From the NCBI GenBank assembly GCA_041650835.1, contig JBAZKL010000003.1, forward strand, positions 163,682 through 227,681: a DNA stretch of 64,000 bases, in the 5' to 3' direction. The notes below the pieces were generated by a model that had not been told where the DNA came from, did no database searches, and saw nothing but the letters and a program-made list of their open reading frames with translations. Both the position numbers and the translations under genes were made by a program. This DNA comes from Candidatus Omnitrophota bacterium (lineage in GTDB: Bacteria > Omnitrophota > Gorgyraeia > Gygaellales > Profunditerraquicolaceae). Below, one piece after another: positions 57,008 through 64,000 of this stretch; position 1 is the stretch's first letter, and each line of letters begins with the position of its first letter.

Positions 57008-57478
57008 TTACAGCATTATCTCAAAAATATCCAATACATGTACGTATGATTGGACCAATTGGGGGTTTGCTTTAAGGTTTTTTTTGACCTCGGGAGAATT
57101 AAAAAACGTGTTCAAATACTCGCAGTAATCTTTATAGCGCGCCAAATCCGTGTTCTCTTTCATATACAAACAGCGCAGGTCAACGGAAAGATAAACTTTC
57201 TTGCCTTGCCGGTTTATCAGGAACGGATAGAGCTGGCACTCAAACGGATGGATACCATGGATCTTGCACCGGTTATCTTTCTGGTTCAGGAACTGGCAGA
57301 CAAAATTCCCCTGCGCGGGGTTTGCGCGCAGTTCGATCTTCTTGGTATGAGGCGCCAGGCGGATTTGTTCATCTTCTAAAAGATGAGGCGTCCAAACAGT
57401 CTCCTGCTCGGCAAACCTGCAGCAGCCCTGACAGCGCAAACAAAAACCCGGAATAATAAACGGTTTTAATCGTTCCAT
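57008..57478 (-). CDS. YkgJ-family Cys-cluster protein (putative Fe-S / zinc-binding, UPF0153)
   Basis: CLRCQGCCRF...C...C...C cysteine-cluster pattern. The start is taken at the internal Met (MERLKPF) to avoid a 65-nt overlap with the upstream-adjacent gene. Confidence 0.65.
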   Translation of the reverse strand: MERLKPFIIPGFCLRCQGCCRFAEQETVWTPHLLEDEQIRLAPHTKKIELRANPAQGNFVCQFLNQKDNRCKIHGIHPFECQLYPFLINRQGKKVYLSVDLRCLYMKENTDLARYKDYCEYLNTFFNSPEVKKNLKANPQLVQSYVHVLDIFEIML

Positions 57479-57479
57479 T

Positions 57480-57800
57480 TTATTTAACGATGCTGCCCAG
57501 CTGCATCTGTCTCCCGGGAGAAACAACCGATATCCCCGCTTCATCAGAAGCGGCTAAAAGCATTCCCTGGCTTTCCACGCCTCGCAGCAGCGCCGGCTCC
57601 AGATTATCGACCACCACGACCTGCTTACCGAGAAGGTCTTCTTTTGCGTAGGCATTCCTTATGCCGGCAACGATCTGCTTGGTCTTATCCCCCAAGTCGA
57701 CGATCAGGACATAGAGCCTGTCCGCGTTGGGATGTTCACTAACCTCTTTGATCGTAGCGATTTTAAGCTCTAACTTTCTGAAATCTTCTATACTTGCCAT
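57480..57800 (-). CDS. tRNA-binding domain protein (CsaA / EMAP-II-like OB fold)
   Basis: FRKLELKIATIKEVSEHPNADRLYVLIVDLGD...QIVAGIRNAY...VVVVDNLEPA matches the CsaA/MetRS C-terminal tRNA-binding domain. Confidence 0.8.
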   Translation of the reverse strand: MASIEDFRKLELKIATIKEVSEHPNADRLYVLIVDLGDKTKQIVAGIRNAYAKEDLLGKQVVVVDNLEPALLRGVESQGMLLAASDEAGISVVSPGRQMQLGSIVK

Positions 57801-57826
57801 GTCTCCTCCGTTATCTTTCTTGAATA

Positions 57827-58474
57827 TTATTCCGGCTTATTTTCCTCAGGCGATAGCGTATGCTTTTTCAGGGAAGAGCTTGCAGGATTGATCATGCCTC
57901 CGGAAACGATCAATTTAATGGCATCTTTAATATTGATGTCAAGAAAGACCACTTCGCTTCGCGGGACAAAAAACAAAAAGCCGGTCGTCGGGTTCGGAAC
58001 GGTAGGGATAAAGACCGAAACCAGCTCGCTCTTGGTTTTTTCCTGCGCCTCAGGGAAGCCTTCATTGGTTACAAATCCGATCGTCAGAGTATTATTCGGC
58101 AGGCAGCGCACCAAGACCGTTTTCTTAAAAGCCACCTTATCTTCTGAGAATAAAAATTCGAAAATCTGTTTGAGCGGCTGATAAATATACCCCACAAAAG
58201 GGAATTTTATGATCATCCGCCCTAAAAAACGATGCGTCAGCCTGCCGATAAGGTTCTTGCTTAAGAACCCGATAGCAGTGATCAGGACTATAAAAAGGAT
58301 AAAACCCAACCCATAAATCTGGATACCCCAGTTCCTCTGCAGATAAACATTGATAAACCTGCCTAAAATATTATCGACAGCCATAAAAATAATAAAGAGG
58401 ATATACAGGCTTAAATATAAAGGAAGCAGGACAACCAGCCCGGTAATAAAATATCTCTGTAAACGTTTAATCAT
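57827..58474 (-). CDS. DUF502-family membrane protein
   Basis: MIKRLQRYFITGLVVLLPLYLSLYILFIIF is followed by a second TM segment and a conserved C-terminal domain typical of DUF502 proteins. Confidence 0.65.
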   Translation of the reverse strand: MIKRLQRYFITGLVVLLPLYLSLYILFIIFMAVDNILGRFINVYLQRNWGIQIYGLGFILFIVLITAIGFLSKNLIGRLTHRFLGRMIIKFPFVGYIYQPLKQIFEFLFSEDKVAFKKTVLVRCLPNNTLTIGFVTNEGFPEAQEKTKSELVSVFIPTVPNPTTGFLFFVPRSEVVFLDINIKDAIKLIVSGGMINPASSSLKKHTLSPEENKPE

Positions 58475-58480
58475 CGTGTT

Positions 58481-58783
58481 TTAGCGTAGCCGGGCCGCGA
58501 TATCAAATAAGGTCCGGACCAAAAATGATTGCAAGAAAATAATCAACAAGAAAGCGATAATAGGAGAAATATCGATACGCATTTTCAGGCTGAAAGGAAG
58601 CAGCCGGCGGATCGGTATCAACACCGGTTCGGTGACCATATGCAGGAACTGGACAATAGGATTATACGGGTCGGGACTAACCCAGCTTATTAAAGCACGT
58701 ACCAGGATAAGCCAATAGAATGCCGTTAAGACGAAATTGACAATATGCGCTATCGCTTGAACAAAATTTGCCAGCACGAACAT
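58481..58783 (-). CDS. yggT: YggT-family membrane protein
   Basis: 100 aa with two TM segments. LISWVSPDPYNPIVQFLHMVTEPVLIPIRRLLP matches the YggT/Ycf19 motif. Confidence 0.75.
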   Translation of the reverse strand: MFVLANFVQAIAHIVNFVLTAFYWLILVRALISWVSPDPYNPIVQFLHMVTEPVLIPIRRLLPFSLKMRIDISPIIAFLLIIFLQSFLVRTLFDIAARLR

Positions 58784-58952
58784 TTCTTGCGTCTCCTTCT
58801 CCTCAAAGGTGATTCACCGCCAAACGCCGCTTTCAGAAGCGGATTTAATAGTTTACTCTACCATAGAAAATCAAAATAATCAATTCAGGAAAAACCTTAC
58901 ATACCATAAAACGCTTAGGGGATTATTCAGGAAGGTCCTGCCCTTAAAAATC

Positions 58953-59966
58953 TTAACGAAGAGGGGCTATTTCCTGCAGTGATTTGACAAAATCCTGGTC
59001 TAACGTATACCGGAGGGCCTCGGCATGACGGACATCTTCCCAGGCTAAATCATATTTTTCCTGTACGGCATAAATCTTTGCGCGCAGCGCATAAGCGGCC
59101 GCATATTCCGGATCAAGCATTAAAGCTTGCTTGAGATCGGCCAAAGCAGCCCCATAGTCGGCCTTGTTAAAATAGACCGTCGCCCGCTCATAATAAGCCC
59201 AGCCGAGAGACGCTTTATTTACCTCCAGTTCGATTGCGTTAGAATAATCAGCAAGCGATGGATCAAACTCCCCTTTATAACAATACGCCGCCGCCCGGTT
59301 AAAATATGCGGCGGCAGAATAACGGTTTATTTCCAGCGCGTGATTGCAATCCTTAATAGCTTGGTCATAATCCCCTGTTTTACGCCAGGCGCGCGCCCGC
59401 AAAACCAAAGTAGGCTCATGATCCGGCTCGATCGTTAAAGCACGGGTAAAATCTTCAATAGCCAGAGCAAAGTCTTTTTTTTCCGCGTAAGCCTTACCTC
59501 TTGCCCTGTAAATTTGAGCATTTTCAGAGGCAAGCCCGGCAGCCTCGTTAAAATATTCGACGGCTCGATCAAAATTATTATTATTTAACTCCTCGATCCC
59601 GGCCTTATAGTGCTTTACGGCGGCAGCTCGCATTGCGCGCTCAGAAGCAGTTATTTCATTAGTTTGACCGCCCTCATTTCCAGCCTCACCTGCTTGCGGC
59701 TCAGGAGACGCGGGAGGTTTTTCAATAAGATTTATGATTTCTTTCCTGGGATATATCCGAAGAGAGCCGTTGACATTCTTAATAACATACTCCGGGTCTG
59801 GTTCGCTCAGATCGTTTTCTTCTTCAGCGGTTGATCCCCCGATAACATTGTCGGCAAGAACCAAGCAGGAACAAGATAAAACACAGAGCGCTACTACCGC
59901 GATTCCCCACCTCTCCAATACGCTATTATACATATCACACCTCAACGCCCGCGTTATTTCCTGCAA
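58953..59966 (-). CDS. TPR-repeat protein with N-terminal signal/TM
   Basis: At least six TPR units (AVEYFNEAAGL, AQIYRARGKAYAEKKDFALAIEDFTRALTIEPDH, AAAYFNRAAAYCYKGEF, and others). Confidence 0.8.
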   Translation of the reverse strand: MQEITRALRCDMYNSVLERWGIAVVALCVLSCSCLVLADNVIGGSTAEEENDLSEPDPEYVIKNVNGSLRIYPRKEIINLIEKPPASPEPQAGEAGNEGGQTNEITASERAMRAAAVKHYKAGIEELNNNNFDRAVEYFNEAAGLASENAQIYRARGKAYAEKKDFALAIEDFTRALTIEPDHEPTLVLRARAWRKTGDYDQAIKDCNHALEINRYSAAAYFNRAAAYCYKGEFDPSLADYSNAIELEVNKASLGWAYYERATVYFNKADYGAALADLKQALMLDPEYAAAYALRAKIYAVQEKYDLAWEDVRHAEALRYTLDQDFVKSLQEIAPLR

Positions 59967-60167
59967 ATCCCGGATAAAAACTACGCAGCATTCCCTTATA
60001 TTTACCTCACCTATTGCGCCAAACCACCCTGTCTCATCAAAAGCCGCTCACGTTACAATTGCATAATAAAGGTTTTTAGAAAGGTTGTCAAATAGTATAC
60101 GGGCATCAGGAATACCTATATTGCCCGTTCGGAAACAATCAATCACTCCCCTGCGGATATAAAATTC

Positions 60168-61214
60168 TTAAGGCGCCTCGCGGATATGTTCCTGCTCTTT
60201 TCCACCCGAGAAAGCATCGCGCAAACTTTTACCATCGCACGGATGCGTTTGAAGATCATACAAATACGCGACGGTTGCAAAAATATCCGCGTGTGAAATG
60301 GTTCGGTCGATACGCTCCCCTTTTTTAATATCAGGGCCGTAAATATAAAGCCAGACAAGGGAAGGATTGTCAAAACTATTTTCATGATGCTGCATGTAAT
60401 ACCTGTTCCTCAAATGGTCGACGGTAACAATAAGATACGTTCTCTTGGCATAGTACGGGTCACTCTGGATATCTTGCCAGATATTGAAAATTATTTCATC
60501 GGTATGCTTTAAGGCCAGCACATAATTAGCCCAAGTTGTAAAATGAGCGCATTCAACCTCTTCTAAGGCGTAATGGACCAATTTCGGCTTGAAAGCGCGC
60601 CGGATCTTTTGAAAAAGCCGGTACCGCACTAAAGACGTACTATCCCACTGGATCTTTAAGCTCAAAGGATTCGCCTTTATGCGCGCGTAGTGTTTTAAGA
60701 AAATCTTGTCTTCCCACGCCAATATCGATTCGCCTTCTTTCGAAAGATTAAAATGCTTCGGTAAGTAGCAGGGCAGCGTATCCGCGCCAAAATCGTTATT
60801 GCGCACCTTTGCCGGATCCTTAACAGAGGTGTCCCCGATAACCCAGGCTTTTGTCGCGGGCCAACGGAACTTTTTCCTCGCGTATTGAAAGAATGAAGGC
60901 GGTTCTTTTGACGGCTCAAATATGCCGTAGGAAAAACCCGTATTGATCGACTGTGTCGAAGGGATGTGAAATTGAACGTTGGCATCAACACAATGCGTGT
61001 ATAAAACACCGCGCGCGGCCATCTCGTTAAACAAATGCGGCATATATTGATGCTGAGGATCATCGATAGTATCAGCCCTATTGGCCCCCATGATGGTTAA
61101 GATAACTATATTCGGGGTTAAAAATTCACCCTCATCCTGGGCGGCAAGCGGGCCGGGACCCGCTGCTAAATATAATATAAGGAAAGCAAAGCACCCTTTT
61201 TTAAAAATGGCCAT
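60168..61214 (-). CDS. Secreted alkaline-phosphatase-superfamily (metalloenzyme-like) protein
   Basis: Start taken at MAIFKKG, which gives a signal peptide. PNIVILTIMGANRADT and VTVDHLRNRY...HHEN...SHADIFATV resemble the AlkP-core metal-ligand blocks. The longer ORF begins at 61304. Confidence 0.45.
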   Translation of the reverse strand: MAIFKKGCFAFLILYLAAGPGPLAAQDEGEFLTPNIVILTIMGANRADTIDDPQHQYMPHLFNEMAARGVLYTHCVDANVQFHIPSTQSINTGFSYGIFEPSKEPPSFFQYARKKFRWPATKAWVIGDTSVKDPAKVRNNDFGADTLPCYLPKHFNLSKEGESILAWEDKIFLKHYARIKANPLSLKIQWDSTSLVRYRLFQKIRRAFKPKLVHYALEEVECAHFTTWANYVLALKHTDEIIFNIWQDIQSDPYYAKRTYLIVTVDHLRNRYYMQHHENSFDNPSLVWLYIYGPDIKKGERIDRTISHADIFATVAYLYDLQTHPCDGKSLRDAFSGGKEQEHIREAP

Positions 61215-63987
61215 TATTCTTACCTTCGGCTTTGAGTTTATTACCCTGGATCGTATAAAGAAAATAATCCTGTGTTTGAAAAAAAGAGGAGCCTTCAAAA
61301 CCATTAATATATATCAACTCGCTGTCAGCGACATTCCCCGGCAATGATACCGAGCTCATGACCGACCCTGTCCCCGTATTAAGCGTAATTATTTTCGAGT
61401 CAGTCGCAACCACCGTGGCTTTATCGCATTCACTTATATCAGACGGGCAATTCTCAAAACAAGCGGTAGCTGTCACCAGAGCGACTTCGGTATCGGATTT
61501 CCCATACACAGACACATAATAAAGCTGGCCGCGGACACCGGGGAGCATGCGCTCCCACACTTTTTCTCCCGTAACCAGATCGAAACAAACCAGAAAAAAA
61601 TCACAGCCTGTCTTTTTCAGGGTCATGATACGGGGCCCTATTATTGTATAATAATTACTGCTTCTCTCAGGGAGCCCCCGCCAATAAAGACCTCCGCCGG
61701 AAGAACCGATATTTATTCTCCGCGTTTCCCGGATGATCCCCCCTTCCGCGGAATACACAAAAATCTTCCGAAAGGGCTCAACCAATACGAAGGATCCTCC
61801 CGCAAGCTGGCCGTACATCCTTGATCTCGCCTCCACCAATACGCTACTTTTTAAAACACCTGTCTGTTTATTAAACGATAGTATATTCGTTTCCTGGCGA
61901 ATAATGATCGCGTCTTTAAGGACAAAAACCTCCGGATATTCGTCTTTGTTCTTAATGAAATTCAGGTTGAAACTTCTTTTCAGCGATAATTCCCTATCGT
62001 AAACAGCGAACTTATCCAACTGAGAACTCAACACATAAATATATCCCTCTGAGACAATCAAACGTATCGCCGCTTCGATCCCCATGACGCTCTTTTGATA
62101 ACAATATCCTGTTAAAGGGTCCAGGGAAAAGATCCTGTTGCCATGAGTGACAATCAGCCTGTCATCCAGGAACTCGGTTTGAAAGGCTATCCCCTTAAGA
62201 TAAGAACGGCTGACACCGAACTTCTTATAAAGCTTATCAGGATTATCGGGGGGCAGATACTTTTCCGCGTTGAATTTTTCATCGGGATTCGTTACGCTCC
62301 AACGATAAGCGCCATCCTCCGCCTGGAAAGCAAGCATATTCCCGTGACAGTTAAGGATAAGGACATCATCAAACAAATACGCCCGGATATCATCCGCGTC
62401 CATGCGGCCTTGCCGGGCATCAAACCGGGGCCGCACAAAATAAGCCAATTCTTTAAAGGGGCTCAGGTTGAAAACCTTCCTTGCCCATTTGATCATGCCA
62501 TTTTCTGCTATACAAAAAAGCTGGTCATAATTGAGCATCAGATAAAAATCAGGAGCTTTCGCGCCACGGATAACTTGAAACGGCAAGAGCGAAAGCGACT
62601 CCCCGCGAACCTCATAACTTTTCCGTTCAAACGGAGTTACCTTTTGGCCAGATACAGGCAGCGTCAGAGGACCAGAGGACATGCTTTGCGGCAAACGCTG
62701 ACCGGCCAATTCAGCCTTTTCAAGAAAACAAGAAAGCTTTATCGAAATACCTTGATACTCCACAATTTCGTCGCCAAATCGTTCGCGCAATAAATCAAAT
62801 AAAGGCTTCCATAAAATCCGGTCTATATTCTTAATCTGTCCAGCTGCTTTTTCCATGAATTGCTTGACAGGAAAATCCTGTTCCCGCGCCTGAGTAAGAA
62901 GCCATTCACGCATGCCGGAGGCTTTTTCATCATCGGATTTCATGCTCAGAGCATCATGAAACACCTTAACTATTCGCTCTTTCTTCGCGATAAGATCTCT
63001 TATACGCGCAGGACCGGGGTCAACGGCCTCTTTTTCATTCATGATCGTCGCACCCATCAAACTCTTCCCATCCCCCAGGAATAAAAACGGCCCGTGGCAG
63101 CCCACCAGCCAACCGCTTCCCGGGCTTTTAGCCTGATGGTGTACAATATGCTCCTTATCGAATCTTAAAAAATGGATATTACCTGCTACCTTAAAGAACA
63201 ATTCATTATCATTCCTGGACTGCACCCCTTGCAGCGCCCCATATCCGAGGTATTGCTCATAAAGCTGCCGGCCTGAGTCAAGGTCGACAATACGAAGCCA
63301 ACCTTGAGCTTTCCGCGGGCCAGCAGGATCCGCATGTTCATCATCTGGCTTCTCTTTTCTTAAAAAAACAGCCTTCCGGTCATAAATCTTTAAAAGATAA
63401 TAGAGGGAAGGGTCAATTTTGAAGCTTTTATTGAGATCACCGGTTTCTGCGTTAATGATATACAGGTAATCTGACTCACGCGGCTTACAATAAAGCGTTC
63501 CATCGTTTAATTCCATGAATTGAGTGTCATAGCGTAAAAAACCGCGCCCCTGAAGCCTTTTTTTATATACTTTATTCTTCCAGAAGTGGTATATACTATA
63601 TTTCCTGACCGCGTACGTCCTGACCCAGGCTATGCCGCCTTTTAACGAATCAAGCGCCATTAATAAGCCTGTATTAGTCGCAAAAAAAAGCCTTCCATTT
63701 CTCTCGGCAGAGATCGTACATACCGGGGAAAGAGAAGACGTCAACCCTATATACGTACTCCATTGCAACTCTCCTGTCTTGACATCAAAACCGCATATCC
63801 AGATCTCTCTTCTCGTATTTATCAAACCGACAGCGAGAATATCTTTACTGACTAACGGTTTCATGAATACCGTATACTCTCCAAGCTCCCGCTTCCAAAG
63901 GATTTTGGGAGCGATCACATCGCTTAAGTCTATCGCCATCAATGTACCATTGAGCTCGGTATAACAGCGCTCAGATGACACAGACAA
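61201..63987 (-). CDS. Large PQQ-like beta-propeller repeat protein; the N-terminus may extend beyond the window end
   Basis: Multiple PQQ/BamB-like repeats (LFFATNTGLLMALDSLKGGIAW, LYCKPRESDYLYIINAETGDL, MLAFQAEDGAYRWS, FFLVCFDLVTGEKVWE). At least 928 aa. The ORF reaches within 13 nt of the window edge. Confidence 0.55.
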   Translation of the reverse strand: MSVSSERCYTELNGTLMAIDLSDVIAPKILWKRELGEYTVFMKPLVSKDILAVGLINTRREIWICGFDVKTGELQWSTYIGLTSSLSPVCTISAERNGRLFFATNTGLLMALDSLKGGIAWVRTYAVRKYSIYHFWKNKVYKKRLQGRGFLRYDTQFMELNDGTLYCKPRESDYLYIINAETGDLNKSFKIDPSLYYLLKIYDRKAVFLRKEKPDDEHADPAGPRKAQGWLRIVDLDSGRQLYEQYLGYGALQGVQSRNDNELFFKVAGNIHFLRFDKEHIVHHQAKSPGSGWLVGCHGPFLFLGDGKSLMGATIMNEKEAVDPGPARIRDLIAKKERIVKVFHDALSMKSDDEKASGMREWLLTQAREQDFPVKQFMEKAAGQIKNIDRILWKPLFDLLRERFGDEIVEYQGISIKLSCFLEKAELAGQRLPQSMSSGPLTLPVSGQKVTPFERKSYEVRGESLSLLPFQVIRGAKAPDFYLMLNYDQLFCIAENGMIKWARKVFNLSPFKELAYFVRPRFDARQGRMDADDIRAYLFDDVLILNCHGNMLAFQAEDGAYRWSVTNPDEKFNAEKYLPPDNPDKLYKKFGVSRSYLKGIAFQTEFLDDRLIVTHGNRIFSLDPLTGYCYQKSVMGIEAAIRLIVSEGYIYVLSSQLDKFAVYDRELSLKRSFNLNFIKNKDEYPEVFVLKDAIIIRQETNILSFNKQTGVLKSSVLVEARSRMYGQLAGGSFVLVEPFRKIFVYSAEGGIIRETRRINIGSSGGGLYWRGLPERSSNYYTIIGPRIMTLKKTGCDFFLVCFDLVTGEKVWERMLPGVRGQLYYVSVYGKSDTEVALVTATACFENCPSDISECDKATVVATDSKIITLNTGTGSVMSSVSLPGNVADSELIYINGFEGSSFFQTQDYFLYTIQGNKLKAEGKNNGHF

Positions 63988-64000
63988 CTCATAACCGACG

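Overview
The window is a low-GC genomic segment, probably from an uncultivated Gram-negative lineage, in which every credible gene is on the minus strand.

Positions 1-30.7 kb hold two head-to-tail loci for type IV pilus / type II secretion-like machinery.
- Locus A (30678 down to 14683) is a near-complete type IV pilus set. It contains an HTH-fused minor pilin, two more minor pilins, a PilX-like protein, a PilM-PilN fusion, PilO- and PilP-like proteins, the PilQ secretin, a coiled-coil protein, a TPR protein, a PilB-type ATPase and a PilC-type platform protein. It ends with a histidine kinase / receiver module and three PilZ-type c-di-GMP receptor proteins.
- Locus B (14494 down to 1) starts with a free paralog of the same small HTH protein. 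It then encodes a lipoprotein, a secreted HExxH metalloprotease, a two-gene split secretin, a 1221-aa coiled-coil lipoprotein with tandem repeats, a second PilB-type ATPase and three tandem major-pilin paralogs. An ABC transporter and a repeat element interrupt the pilin series.

The rest of the window (30.9-64 kb) is mostly metabolic and housekeeping genes.
- folC and purH lie behind a long structured leader.
- There is a YchF remnant that lacks its P-loop, and an EF-G paralog.
- A lysine 2,3-aminomutase sits in a cluster with two Ddl-like ATP-grasp ligases, a PAC2-family protein, a HAD hydrolase and an M20 deacylase.
- One gene fuses an M1-type metallopeptidase to an Omp85-type outer-membrane barrel.
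- Other genes include nth, a PilZ-anchored (alpha/alpha)6 hydrolase-like protein, a transglutaminase-like lipoprotein, pabB and pabC, a DnaQ-like exonuclease, small membrane proteins, TPR proteins and a PQQ-like beta-propeller protein.

The non-coding sequence contains two families of repeated structured intergenic elements, a 48-bp tandem repeat, a large inverted repeat over the nth start codon, and a promoter/operator module shared by both HTH paralogs.

The most interesting hypothesis is that the leader peptide of the HTH-fused minor pilin is itself an AlpA/excisionase-like DNA-binding domain. Prepilin peptidase cleavage would release it into the cytoplasm, coupling pilin processing to transcription.
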